Source: a virus. From it: a stretch of DNA of 64,000 nt. Shown here piece after piece: positions 44,964 to 55,033 of the stretch. The first letter of the stretch is position 1; each line of letters starts with the position of its first letter. Location of the stretch: positions 1 to 64,000 of IMG/VR virus record IMGVR_UViG_3300033149_003931; one strand, written 5' to 3'. The position numbers and the translations under genes were made by a program. The notes beneath the pieces are model-generated. The model had not been told where the DNA came from and ran no database searches. It saw only the letters and a program-made list of their open reading frames with translations.

Positions 44964-47171
44964 TTAACCCTCCAAATAAGTTAAAAATTGGCCTTGTTTT
45001 AAAGCCTCTGTTTCTCGCTCGTTACACTCAATTAATCTATTATTATTAAAATTAAATTTATAAAACAGTGATCCATGTTCTAAATCACCAGTTTGATTTT
45101 TTGAAACAAATAATTCAAGGATTGGATGATACTTGCCCGCATCATCTTTCCAATGATAGTTTGTATCATGTTTATTTTTTGCGGTATGGAAGTTTGAATA
45201 AATTCCTGCCACAAATCTTGCAGCATACCAAAAATCACAAGTATCCTTAATATCCTTTCCTGACGGTTTATCATTAGCGGATTTGGGTACTTCAGCCGTT
45301 GCAATCACCGGACAATTCATTTTTTGTGGAAGAGTCTTTAAATAAGAGGCTATTCGTTGAGCATTCTGCGTTGACTCTAACTCTCTTTTACCGGAGGCTC
45401 GTAAATCATGAATATTATCAATCACAAGTATAAAACGCTTTCCCCTATCCTCCGATATAGTTGAGTGAATCTTTACAAAATTATCTAAACTGTCAGTTGT
45501 TTGAATATCTGAACCGTCTTTAATAATTAGATTTTCTTTTAAAATCTGTAATTTTTTCATTCCATTAAACCATTGTTCTTCATATTTTTTATCGGGTTGA
45601 CGAATATTTCGGGAACTTAAATTAGCGGCAATACTCATTAAACGGGGAATAATTGATCTTTTTGCTCCATCATCTAATGAATAAAAAGCGACAAAGTTGT
45701 CTTTACTCTGAACAAGGTTGTAGACGAAATTAAGAAGAAACGCTGATTTACCCTGTTCTGGATGTCCGATAAATAAATATAGGGTATCCTCAAAACCACC
45801 AAATTTTTTATCAAAGATTGGAAAACCCGAAGTTCTTCCGGCAAAATTTTTATTCCAAGCCAACTCAGTAAAATCTTCTAAGAGTTCATCATAAGAATCC
45901 TTCTCCTGAACATATTGAATCATGTTGAAAGAGTCTTTATTATCACTTATATCATCAATGGATCGTGTTAGTTGTCTTTTACCAATATTTAAAACTTTCG
46001 CACACTCATTGATATAACCCTCTTTACGAATAAGATTCGGACAGCCGGCGATAAAATCATAAATTTTGTTAGCTTTGATTAGGCCCTTATCATAATTTTG
46101 TAAGAGGTAAGTAATTGCCGGAATCTTCGGAAGATTATTAAACTCCTCCAAAGTGTGCTTCTTCATATATTCATCTGGATCTGGTTTTGGTTCTCCCTCA
46201 ATAATTGGTACTTTAATAATTGAGATTTCCGTATCCAAATTCTTCATTCGTAATATAGTTCTTAAAAAGCCGTCCCGGGCCGTTCCTTTATAGAGGTTAT
46301 CCGGATCAAGAGATAATCTGATTTTCTTTAGATTCATCTCAGCAATCTTTTCTAAATTCGAGTCATTTACAACATTGGTAAGACAGGCCACGACATTCTG
46401 CTGTGGGTGTAAGGCAACGGCGTCGAATACACCTTCCACAATAGTTAGCTCCTCTTTCCCGCGAACTCTTTCAATATTAAATAAATTGCTTCCTTTAATA
46501 CAGATCTTGATATAAGGGTCATTATCCGTTGTATCAAACATTCGGATAATAATTCCAGTATATTGTTTATTCTCATCCCAGATAGGAATAACTAAACCCG
46601 ATTTATGAAATACCTGAAGTAATCTATAATCAAAGAGCATTTTAGATTCTTTGTTCATTTCCGAGGTAATATCTTCTGGGGATAAGTACCCGATTTTCCA
46701 AGCTTGGATTTTCTCTTTTGTCAATCCGCGGCGTTTATAAAAAGGAACACCTTTACTCGGGTTTGGTTTTGTGCAAGAAAGCTTATGCAGCTTTTCAAGA
46801 AAATTTCTTTGTCTTTGATAAGCCTTCTCCTTTGCTGAGTATTCATATTCCTCATCAATAGGAATCCTATATTTTTTTGCCAAATCTTTAACAACGGAAA
46901 AAAAGCTTGAACCCTTAATGGCCTTCCCCGTCTTTAAAGAGTAGACATCAAAAATATCATAAGACCTACACTCAACAAAACAATAAATCAATTTATTTTG
47001 AGAATCAGGCAAAAAGGCTGCGGAAAGCTTTCCCTCATCACCGTGATCGTGAGCCTCTGTATGCGGACATTGTACCTTAGTTCCGTTGGTTTTACAACCA
47101 AGTTCACTAAGGTATTCTGGTAATTTTGCCCGAATAAGTTCTTTTATCTTATTCAGATTTTTAATTCTCAC
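44964..47171 (-). CDS. Bifunctional DNA primase-helicase (Zn finger + TOPRIM + DnaB-like)
   Basis: CP...H...CF..C; IVEGVFD, LDPD, DPDE; Walker A GHPEQGKS, FYSLDD, VIDNIH, KNQTG. Confidence 0.92.
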   Translation of the reverse strand: MRIKNLNKIKELIRAKLPEYLSELGCKTNGTKVQCPHTEAHDHGDEGKLSAAFLPDSQNKLIYCFVECRSYDIFDVYSLKTGKAIKGSSFFSVVKDLAKKYRIPIDEEYEYSAKEKAYQRQRNFLEKLHKLSCTKPNPSKGVPFYKRRGLTKEKIQAWKIGYLSPEDITSEMNKESKMLFDYRLLQVFHKSGLVIPIWDENKQYTGIIIRMFDTTDNDPYIKICIKGSNLFNIERVRGKEELTIVEGVFDAVALHPQQNVVACLTNVVNDSNLEKIAEMNLKKIRLSLDPDNLYKGTARDGFLRTILRMKNLDTEISIIKVPIIEGEPKPDPDEYMKKHTLEEFNNLPKIPAITYLLQNYDKGLIKANKIYDFIAGCPNLIRKEGYINECAKVLNIGKRQLTRSIDDISDNKDSFNMIQYVQEKDSYDELLEDFTELAWNKNFAGRTSGFPIFDKKFGGFEDTLYLFIGHPEQGKSAFLLNFVYNLVQSKDNFVAFYSLDDGAKRSIIPRLMSIAANLSSRNIRQPDKKYEEQWFNGMKKLQILKENLIIKDGSDIQTTDSLDNFVKIHSTISEDRGKRFILVIDNIHDLRASGKRELESTQNAQRIASYLKTLPQKMNCPVIATAEVPKSANDKPSGKDIKDTCDFWYAARFVAGIYSNFHTAKNKHDTNYHWKDDAGKYHPILELFVSKNQTGDLEHGSLFYKFNFNNNRLIECNERETEALKQGQFLTYLEG

Positions 47172-47560
47172 CTATACCTCCGAGTATTTTTAGTCTTTTC
47201 TATAAATCTACAATTTGAGTATTCATAATTTCCATCAGAGTCTTCTCGATCTATGCTTGCCCAAGTTAAAAACCGGGCTTTATCCCTAAACCAGAGTTTC
47301 TTAATTTCTTCTTTAGTCAAAAGAAATTTGATCCCTCTACCACCATAATTTTTATACTGTTTATGCTTAGGATTAGTACACCTGTATTTAGCATGTCGCC
47401 AAGAATTCAACCAAGGTTGTTTAGCACGATATAATCGGTTCTTTTCTAAAAGAATTTCTTTATTTCTTCTATAGTATTCCCGAAAATAGTTTCCAAAGTA
47501 TTCTGGATAGTCTTCTCTATATTTCTTTTGATAAATTTTATACTTTGCTTTATCTCGCAC
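47168..47560 (-). CDS. HNH-like homing endonuclease
   Basis: RC.NP....YKNYGGRGI, SIDR.DS.G.Y...NCRF. Confidence 0.8.
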   Translation of the reverse strand: MRDKAKYKIYQKKYREDYPEYFGNYFREYYRRNKEILLEKNRLYRAKQPWLNSWRHAKYRCTNPKHKQYKNYGGRGIKFLLTKEEIKKLWFRDKARFLTWASIDREDSDGNYEYSNCRFIEKTKNTRRYR

Positions 47561-47581
47561 AGTAATTAACCTTTCACCAAA

Positions 47582-48184
47582 TTATTTAATAAAGACGAGA
47601 CCATCATCCTTACCTTCATCAAATCCGCTGTCATTCTCAAAAGCATCAGAGTAGGGGTCAGATAAGCCTTTATAAGATTTTTTCCTCCCGCTTTCCTTTG
47701 GCTGGTTGTCCCGAGAGCTTTCAAGACCATACTTGGCTCTAAGAATATCCCCTAAAGAAGTCTCATCAGGAGCTCGACCGGAGACGGGTTTACGTCCATT
47801 TTTACGGATATCCGAATCTCCTCGGGGTGGTTTCGGGTTAATTATCTTTTGAGTTGGTGCATCTGGACGCTTGGCTGTCTTAACTATAGGCTGGACTTTA
47901 GGTTTTAAAGGCTTCTGAATAACCCTTTTATCCGGTTCCTTGACCTCAACCTTTTTAACAGGTATGGGCTGGACAGGTGTTTTTACCAGAGTTACCGGAG
48001 CCTTAGTAATAACTGGTACAGGTTTTATTTCCGGAAATGGTTGAGCCTTAACAAAGGTTACAGAACCTTTTAAAATTTTTTTACAGGTGACACAATAAGT
48101 ATACTGAACGAGAATTGGCTCCGCATACTTTTTAGTGTGAACAAATTTATTTGCAAAATTTTTATGTAGACATTTTTTAGGCAT
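47582..48184 (-). CDS. Hypothetical protein with Zn-binding N-terminus and Pro/Lys-rich disordered region
   Basis: C.H...C..C then low-complexity PVK-rich tract and acidic tail. Confidence 0.65.
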   Translation of the reverse strand: MPKKCLHKNFANKFVHTKKYAEPILVQYTYCVTCKKILKGSVTFVKAQPFPEIKPVPVITKAPVTLVKTPVQPIPVKKVEVKEPDKRVIQKPLKPKVQPIVKTAKRPDAPTQKIINPKPPRGDSDIRKNGRKPVSGRAPDETSLGDILRAKYGLESSRDNQPKESGRKKSYKGLSDPYSDAFENDSGFDEGKDDGLVFIK

Positions 48185-48197
48185 CAGATTCCCCTAA

Positions 48198-48602
48198 TTA
48201 AACAATTAATTTTGACCAACTATAAATCTCTACTGTCACCTTTTCGTTAGTCTCAATATTCTGTAATTTGGATTCTCGGCCCTCTGCTTTTAGTGGAAAT
48301 TTTTTGTAATCCACAGGTTTGGCTTGATCTTTATGTTTTTCAACAGCCAAGAGAATCCCATTCAGTATTTTTCCATATAACTCTTTCATTGCAGCCTTGT
48401 CCAAAATCATTGCGGATTTTACGGTTAAGGGAATAACCGCCGCATATCCGGTACTTTGTTCAGCCACAGTAATGTGGTATGAAGGATTTCTCCCTCTAAA
48501 GGGGTTAAAATAGCAGTATGTCCTTCCATGAAACTTTGTCGTTTGAAAGATTAACTCAATAAAAGCCTCTTTACAAACAAGATTTAATTCTTGTGGCAGC
48601 AT
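48198..48602 (-). CDS. Hypothetical protein
   Basis: GGAGG SD; coupled. Confidence 0.65.
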   Translation of the reverse strand: MLPQELNLVCKEAFIELIFQTTKFHGRTYCYFNPFRGRNPSYHITVAEQSTGYAAVIPLTVKSAMILDKAAMKELYGKILNGILLAVEKHKDQAKPVDYKKFPLKAEGRESKLQNIETNEKVTVEIYSWSKLIV

Positions 48603-48847
48603 TATGATCCCTCCGTATTATTTGGTCTTAATTGAAAGTCTCCATGAATTATTGCTGTTAAAAAAGATCTGTCGTTTGTGGTAATATTTTCGTCGTTTAT
48701 GATAATATTTCCGTTAGAATCAAGTATAACAACTCCACACATACCCAATTTAATATTAACCCAACAGACATTAGGGATTACTTGACCCGTCCATTGACTT
48801 ACTACAATAAACTTTTTAAAATCTGGATGATCTAGATCGATAAACAT
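48602..48847 (-). CDS. Hypothetical protein
   Basis: GAGG SD. Confidence 0.6.
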   Translation of the reverse strand: MFIDLDHPDFKKFIVVSQWTGQVIPNVCWVNIKLGMCGVVILDSNGNIIINDENITTNDRSFLTAIIHGDFQLRPNNTEGS

Positions 48848-49002
48848 TATTTCCTCACTTTATCCCAACGGGATATTTGTACACGCCCGCGTTTTTAGAG
48901 TCTCCCGATGTTCTATACGGTACGCTTCGGCATATCTCAAAGACTTAAGCTTATGTTTTAACCGATAAGCCTCTTGATACCGACTTCTCTCGATTTAAAG
49001 CT

Positions 49003-49227
49003 CTATGTGGCCTCTTTATCCATGGACTGATACATCTCAGCCTCTTTTTTAGTTGTTTCGTAAAAACCATCACCTTTAAAAATTACCCCAGATCCGGTTC
49101 CGATAAAGCGATCTACCTCCGTAGACCCACATTTCGGACACTGCGTTTCATTTCGTTTAGACATGGGTTTAAACTCCTCATATCTATGATGACATTTTTT
49201 ACACTCATAAGGATATGTTGGGCACAT
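49003..49227 (-). CDS. FmdB-family zinc ribbon protein
   Basis: PTY.YEC..C.H.YE.......CPKCGS...R.I....VIFKG.GFY.T. Confidence 0.88.
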   Translation of the reverse strand: MCPTYPYECKKCHHRYEEFKPMSKRNETQCPKCGSTEVDRFIGTGSGVIFKGDGFYETTKKEAEMYQSMDKEAT

Positions 49228-49323
49228 TTATTTTCTCCTTTAGAATAACATAATGATTTTGTAAATACCCTACAGTTAAGATTTTATGATACGTTAGCAT
49301 AACACTTCCTTATTAAGCGGGCC

Positions 49324-49818
49324 CTAGTCAACTTCTATTTCGTCTGAATTACCCGCTCCATACTTCTTTTCATCATTATTCTTGATATTCCTACAGGTAC
49401 GAATCAATTCTGTGGCTGATTCCAAACTACCCTGTAATTTATCCCTTAAACGTCTTTCTGCGGCTACGGCTAAACTAGCCTCGGGTTCCGCCGCCGCTGC
49501 GATATATTTGGCATTTTCGGCTTCGGCCTTATTCTTGAGTAACATCTTATAAGCAGCATTTTTATTCTTTACTAAACCACAAAGCTGATAATAATAGTCC
49601 GCCACGAAAGCTTTGTGTCCCGTAATCTGTTTTTGAAAATCATCGACCTTATCAACATTCTTATGATCAAGTTTTATCATCAATTTGGAACCATTTCGGA
49701 TAGCTTTTTGACTGGCCTCAGTAATCTTTTCAATCTTAACCAAAGACTTAGAGTTATCCTTATTAAATTGTTCTACTAATTTTTCTAAAGCCATTGTATT
49801 TTCCTCCGATTTATACAA
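49324..49818 (-). CDS. Helical hypothetical protein (possibly UvsY-like)
   Basis: All-alpha coiled-coil pattern; function weakly inferred. Confidence 0.55.
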   Translation of the reverse strand: MYKSEENTMALEKLVEQFNKDNSKSLVKIEKITEASQKAIRNGSKLMIKLDHKNVDKVDDFQKQITGHKAFVADYYYQLCGLVKNKNAAYKMLLKNKAEAENAKYIAAAAEPEASLAVAAERRLRDKLQGSLESATELIRTCRNIKNNDEKKYGAGNSDEIEVD

Positions 49819-49824
49819 TCAATT

Positions 49825-51045
49825 TTATTTCGATTTTTTCTCATCCTTAGGCTTGTCTTTCTCCGCTTTGGGCTCTAAGTTGAAAAATAATTTACGAGCT
49901 TCTGTAACAGTTAAAAGCCCTTCTTCACTACCGACTAAAAGATTTGCAATTCTGGCCCGGTCATAATTTAACTTGGTACCTAAAACCGGAGAAGTAATTT
50001 CTGTATCTAATTTCTTAAAGCCACGTCTTACCAAAACCATATTATAAATATAGGCTTCGTATTCCAAGATAGGCATGACAACATTTTCTAAGAAACGAGA
50101 TTTTTGTTCCCGAGCATTTAACGAACCAACATCTTGAACAAGGTTTAACATAAACGGAGGAACTTTGTATACAGAGGCTATCTTCAGACCAATCCATCTC
50201 TGTATCTCAATTATGTCTTTCGAGTCCCAATGGGGGATTTCTTTCAGATCAACCTCTTTATTGATCCCGAGAATCTTCGCCCCTTCGACCATTAAACCGT
50301 TAAGATATTCGATAAACTCCATTAAATCCTTTTTGTTAACACTGGCACCCTTTTTAAAGGAGATAAACGCTGGCTTATAAAAACCCCGCTTAATAAACTC
50401 AACAACCTTCTTTGTAGATTCTTTATCTGAAACAATATCATTGTAAGCACGTTCAATTGGACTACGAGCCAACGTAGAATCACTGTCAGAGTCGATAGCG
50501 AAGTGCATGAGTTCTTGATTGGTTAACTGAATCACCTCCTTAGCATCATTTTTTTTGAATTCAGAAGAGCTTCCAAGCTTTAAAAATTTATACTGTGGTG
50601 GATTATCATCCGTAAGACGCAGAGTATATCCCGGAGCCACAACGAGTTCTATGGGTTTTCCGGACTTCGATTCAATAATACAAACACCGTTACCCCATCT
50701 CAACATGTCTTTTAGATATTTTTTTCTAACCATGAAGAGTGGATCTCTTTCAGACGGGTACTTTAAAAAAGCATCAATCTTCTCATTCGTGGGAGTCGTA
50801 TATAGGGGGTATTTTACGACCTCATCAACAATAGTGTTAATACAAGTTTCGGCCCAAACCGTCGTCAGAATAAGCGCCCGAATCTGTTCAACCGAAAGAT
50901 TTATTAAAGGTTCATAAGTTGCACCTACGGTACCAAAACCTACGGCATCCTTTTTCCTGTCCCTAACCTGTTCTGTTGACTTCAACCGTGTGGAAGGTTT
51001 TTTTACCCTTCTAGTTGAAGTTGTTCTTTTCTTTTTAACAGCCAT
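49825..51045 (-). CDS. Portal protein (HK97-like)
   Basis: CIN.I.D.V..YP, DML.WGNG, SPIE, KIA.VY.VPP.ML, F....V.P.L, LT..EAR; follows terminase. Confidence 0.9.
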   Translation of the reverse strand: MAVKKKRTTSTRRVKKPSTRLKSTEQVRDRKKDAVGFGTVGATYEPLINLSVEQIRALILTTVWAETCINTIVDEVVKYPLYTTPTNEKIDAFLKYPSERDPLFMVRKKYLKDMLRWGNGVCIIESKSGKPIELVVAPGYTLRLTDDNPPQYKFLKLGSSSEFKKNDAKEVIQLTNQELMHFAIDSDSDSTLARSPIERAYNDIVSDKESTKKVVEFIKRGFYKPAFISFKKGASVNKKDLMEFIEYLNGLMVEGAKILGINKEVDLKEIPHWDSKDIIEIQRWIGLKIASVYKVPPFMLNLVQDVGSLNAREQKSRFLENVVMPILEYEAYIYNMVLVRRGFKKLDTEITSPVLGTKLNYDRARIANLLVGSEEGLLTVTEARKLFFNLEPKAEKDKPKDEKKSK

Positions 51046-51106
51046 TAGCTTTCTCCTCCCATTGTTTTGCACAAAGTGTTTGTTTCTTTTTGTCTTTATA
51101 TGGCAT
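51035..51106 (-). pseudogene. Endonuclease N-terminal remnant (MPYKDKKKQ...W)
   Basis: 23-aa ORF between terL and portal with a start typical of phage HNH proteins. Confidence 0.35.
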
Positions 51107-51108
51107 AA

Positions 51109-52878
51109 TTATTTACCTGCGACCGCTAAAGGTTCTCCATCGCTTTCTTCAGTTATAGAAGCTACTATTCCAGCTAAGCAGTCAGAAATATCCTTACTTC
51201 CTAAATTAAGCCCTTCCTCACGCATCCGCCATTTACTCTTGCGAGGGTGGTCAATTTTTTTCTTATCAGTAAATATCAATTCCGTTAATTCTCGAACAAC
51301 GGGCGGATAAAGATAATACACTATATCCTTTCGGTATATAAAATCTTTAAGGGTATCATAGGGCACCGTATCTCTTTCTAACGAAATAGTCTTGGCCTCT
51401 ATCCCATGTTTCTCACAGATATTAAGAAATAGTTTAGAGTTCCAACCGTCAGCGGTTATTTTGACAATTGGAAAATTCAACTTTTTTAATAAGGTTTTAA
51501 TAACAAAATCAAGGATGTCGTTTAAATCAATTTCTTTTGGTTTTCCCTCCTCCGGTTCCGGAGCTCTGATTTGTAACATTAGATCAATATAAACTTTTGT
51601 CTTATCTAAAATACGATAAGTGTGACCCATAGCAATACCAGCACAGTCAACTACTCCACGGGAAAGATCAATATGAATATAATATTGAGCACTCTCATGT
51701 CTCTCTTTTTCCAATTTAATTCTGTTTTCTAAATCTTCCGAAGGCTTTGCTTCGTATTCTCTTTCCAATCTTTCGATTGTATGGGTGTGAAAAGGCCGGA
51801 ACCAATGCTCAAACTCCTCCTCTCTAATATCCCTTGACCAAACCCTTTGATACCCGTCCTCACCTAAAGAGTCCGGAAAAATAATTGGAGATGAGTTCTC
51901 ATAATTAATACAATCTGTTATCCTATCCGCTCGTTTTAAGAAATTATTTGATCGAAATTTCGGTATTTTACATTCATACATTAACATAGCATTAGCAGGA
52001 TCTTCGTCATATTCTTCTTGATAAGTCGCTTTATGAACAACATAAGGTTTTAATTCTTCTGGACAATTTTTCTCTGCGCGAATATCCCAAGTGGCTGCGC
52101 GGTCAAAGTATGTTCTTCCAGAACCACCCTCTTCTGCATGATCGATTAAATATGCCATGTAATCATTCGGTGAAGTTAAAAACGAGATGTAAAAAAGTTT
52201 GTAATATTTTGGACATCGCGTTCTGGCGGAAGTACGAATATGCTTGCGGATATTCTGGGCATTATCAAATCGAAATGACCCAATCTCATCAAAGATACCC
52301 AACACAACATTTTTACCTTCAGCTTTGTGCTCCTTGGAGTTTAACGACCAAGCTCTAATATTTTTAGGAAATAAAACATGATTCCTAATAATATCTCGGT
52401 CAATATTCATACCCAACTCCTCAAAAAAGTTTTTTCCGGTATCCGGATCGATCGTCTTTCTAACCATTCGAATAAACTTTTCAAAGAACACAGACTTTGC
52501 CTGATCCCCATCAAAGGCCACATTGACGACATCAATAGGCTCTCCACTCTTAATACCTAAAGTTTCTTGTGGATCATTTAAACAGCATAGCCAATAAATC
52601 ATATAACAGAGAAGACAGGCAATAGTTAAATCTTTCCCTGAACCTTTTCCCCAAGCCAAAACAAATTCCGTAAACTTATCACTTAACATACTGGAATTTT
52701 GGTTAAAAGCGGCATTTACAGCTTTTTGTTGCCGAGGAAACAAAGGAGTATCTAACCAGTCGCTAAAAAAGATTTCTGCTGTCACCGGCTTCTGGGCAAA
52801 CTTACCAGATTTCTGTTCAGAAATATCTACCGCGTCTGACCAAAAATCATTCCATGTGTCTAAACATTCTTTAGCCAT
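51109..52878 (-). CDS. terL: Terminase large subunit
   Basis: Walker A WGKGSGKD, Walker B GIFDE, nuclease HIDLS...D, DGWNS, KKIDHP...SKDISD. Confidence 0.93.
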   Translation of the reverse strand: MAKECLDTWNDFWSDAVDISEQKSGKFAQKPVTAEIFFSDWLDTPLFPRQQKAVNAAFNQNSSMLSDKFTEFVLAWGKGSGKDLTIACLLCYMIYWLCCLNDPQETLGIKSGEPIDVVNVAFDGDQAKSVFFEKFIRMVRKTIDPDTGKNFFEELGMNIDRDIIRNHVLFPKNIRAWSLNSKEHKAEGKNVVLGIFDEIGSFRFDNAQNIRKHIRTSARTRCPKYYKLFYISFLTSPNDYMAYLIDHAEEGGSGRTYFDRAATWDIRAEKNCPEELKPYVVHKATYQEEYDEDPANAMLMYECKIPKFRSNNFLKRADRITDCINYENSSPIIFPDSLGEDGYQRVWSRDIREEEFEHWFRPFHTHTIERLEREYEAKPSEDLENRIKLEKERHESAQYYIHIDLSRGVVDCAGIAMGHTYRILDKTKVYIDLMLQIRAPEPEEGKPKEIDLNDILDFVIKTLLKKLNFPIVKITADGWNSKLFLNICEKHGIEAKTISLERDTVPYDTLKDFIYRKDIVYYLYPPVVRELTELIFTDKKKIDHPRKSKWRMREEGLNLGSKDISDCLAGIVASITEESDGEPLAVAGK

Positions 52879-53699
52879 TAAATATCAATCTCCTCATCAT
52901 CCGTGCCCGAGGAGTCTTCAGGTTTCTCTGTTTCATCCACCTTTGGTTTCTTTGGTCGTTGGTCTTGAAATTCTGCATCAACAACCTCTTCTCCACCAAG
53001 GGCTTGAATATCAATAGTTTTTAAACGCTTAAATGCGTAGAGCCTTTTTTCTTCTGGAATTAAATCCATAATAATAGTACGGAAAATTTCCATGACACCC
53101 TTTAACACGTCAATTGAAATATAGTTCTTATCAATTAATGCTTGAGGATTGAACAAACTTAGGAGCTTAGATTCCTTGTCTACACGATCAAGAATAGCTT
53201 TTAAAGCATCTATACGCGCTGTCACATAGGTTGGATACTTTGGCTCCCTGCTAATATAATCATATTTTTTCCTCATCTCACGAACTTGAATACGGTTCTC
53301 TTTATTGCGTGTTGTTTCATAAGCCAATTCGGCCTTATCCAATTTTTCTTTAACTTCCTTTGCCTCTTTTCCCCATGCGTTTAATTTTGTTTTATTTTCA
53401 ACAACCTTATCTTGAATCTCTTTATAAAGCGTCCAATACTCATCTTTCAAAATATTGACTTCATCTAATAACTGTTCAACCCGGGCCAATTGTCTTTTTG
53501 CCAATTGAGAGTTTTTAATAATCAAACTGGTGTACCGGGCCTGTAGATATTGAACGTCAGCTAACGCAGTATTATAATGAACGCTTAATTCCTTAGCTAT
53601 TTGATGCGGAGTCTTCCCCTTTAAAAAGAGAAGTCTAGTCTTCTCTCTCCGCTCCGCTATCTCCGTCTTTGATGGTCTTCCGCCACTTGAGTTTGTCAT
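52878..53699 (-). CDS. terS: Terminase small subunit (HTH + coiled coil)
   Basis: N-terminal HTH (RR....L.L.G.T..QIA.EL.V...T...D), coupled directly upstream of terL. Confidence 0.75.
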   Translation of the reverse strand: MTNSSGGRPSKTEIAERREKTRLLFLKGKTPHQIAKELSVHYNTALADVQYLQARYTSLIIKNSQLAKRQLARVEQLLDEVNILKDEYWTLYKEIQDKVVENKTKLNAWGKEAKEVKEKLDKAELAYETTRNKENRIQVREMRKKYDYISREPKYPTYVTARIDALKAILDRVDKESKLLSLFNPQALIDKNYISIDVLKGVMEIFRTIIMDLIPEEKRLYAFKRLKTIDIQALGGEEVVDAEFQDQRPKKPKVDETEKPEDSSGTDDEEIDI

Positions 53700-54018
53700 G
53701 AATTAATCTCCTAATAAATTTTTTACAATCAATCCAGCCTTTTAAATAATCCGTACTAGGAATATTCTCAGGAAAAATTTGACATTCAACTAATTGATAT
53801 GTCGCCAGAACTCTTCCCAAATCTACTAACTCATTCATAATAAGGCTGCGACTAAACTTCGTATATACAGCAATATCCTGAATGGTATAGTTTGCAAGAA
53901 TACACTTAAGTAGGATTCTCTGTTTTTTAGAGAGATACTTAGTGAGCTCTTCCGGTAATTGTAATTCCAATTTATTCAGGGGCTCACAATCCTGTTTATT
54001 TCTGAATCTTTTTCCCAT
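53635..54018 (-). CDS. Sigma70 region 4-like HTH protein
   Basis: L..YLSKKQR.LL......YT.QDIA.....SRS.I...L. Confidence 0.6.
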   Translation of the reverse strand: MGKRFRNKQDCEPLNKLELQLPEELTKYLSKKQRILLKCILANYTIQDIAVYTKFSRSLIMNELVDLGRVLATYQLVECQIFPENIPSTDYLKGWIDCKKFIRRLIHDKLKWRKTIKDGDSGAERED

Positions 54019-54020
54019 GA

Positions 54021-54299
54021 TTAAGATCGAGATTCTTTAGCAAGGTTATCAATAATTTTTCGCTCGTTTACACGTCGATTATATTTATTTGTTAACCGGC
54101 TCTTAAAGAAAACAAACCACTGATCTTTATTGTTTGGGTCGATTTTCCCGCTATCTAAATTTTCCAAATATAACACAACCAAATCATTATACAGATCAGA
54201 CTTATCTTGAATCGGATCTTTCATTGACTCGGCAAAGGTATAAGATAAATAACTCATGATTTCACTGATCTCTTCTGGGATTTGCTTAGTAGTCGTCAT
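54021..54299 (-). CDS. Sigma70 region 2-like protein
   Basis: D.SDLYNDL...YLE........F..RL.N.Y.RR; GGAGG SD. Confidence 0.55.
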   Translation of the reverse strand: MTTTKQIPEEISEIMSYLSYTFAESMKDPIQDKSDLYNDLVVLYLENLDSGKIDPNNKDQWFVFFKSRLTNKYNRRVNERKIIDNLAKESRS

Positions 54300-55032
54300 T
54301 TGATTTGTCCTCCACAATATTTATCGAACTCGTTCCAACCCTTTGAACGCCCAATTTAATTAGAGCTTTAACTTGTTTTTCTGTCCGGATGCCGCCAGAG
54401 GCTTTGATTTTCATAGGAATATCTGCATCCTTCATTAAGACCTGCGTATATATAAGTGCCATCAAGAGCTTGTCAAAATCTTGTTTAATTAATCCAGTAT
54501 TTGTTTTAAAATAATCTACCCCGGATTGTCGTAAGAGATCAATAATCTCATAAATAGGTACAGATTTATTAAAAATGGTTCCTAATTCAACGATGACTTT
54601 TACCGGTCGTTTATACCGATCTTTTATCCCCTTTAAAAATTTATAAATTCTTAAAAAATTCCCACGCATATACCAATAGATGGGGAAGACCAAATCTAAT
54701 TCATCAGCTAAACCACTGTCAATTACATATTTAATATTATCTATAGCTTCCTCATTGTAAAGACCTAAAGCTAATTGAATCCGTTTATTCTTACCATCAG
54801 CAAAATATTTAAAAGAATGTAATGGAGGAAAACCCGCAATAGTAATTAATTTCAAATCAGGTCTTCGATATTTAACCGCAACGGGTAGGGCACCCCAAGG
54901 TAAACAAACGCCCAGATAACCCTTGTCGTTGGCTGTCTCTACAAAAGTACGAATCTCTTTAGAATTCATTCCCTTTATATTTGTATACTCGATGTACTTA
55001 GAATACTCGACAATTTTAACTTTGTCTTCCAT
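54286..55032 (-). CDS. deoC: Deoxyribose-phosphate aldolase (DeoC-like)
   Basis: GVC.P, GFP, ADELDLV, VKVIVE, D.FKTNTG (Schiff-base Lys), KIKASGGIRT, RVGTSS. Confidence 0.85.
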   Translation of the reverse strand: MEDKVKIVEYSKYIEYTNIKGMNSKEIRTFVETANDKGYLGVCLPWGALPVAVKYRRPDLKLITIAGFPPLHSFKYFADGKNKRIQLALGLYNEEAIDNIKYVIDSGLADELDLVFPIYWYMRGNFLRIYKFLKGIKDRYKRPVKVIVELGTIFNKSVPIYEIIDLLRQSGVDYFKTNTGLIKQDFDKLLMALIYTQVLMKDADIPMKIKASGGIRTEKQVKALIKLGVQRVGTSSINIVEDKSNDDY

Positions 55033-55033
55033 G

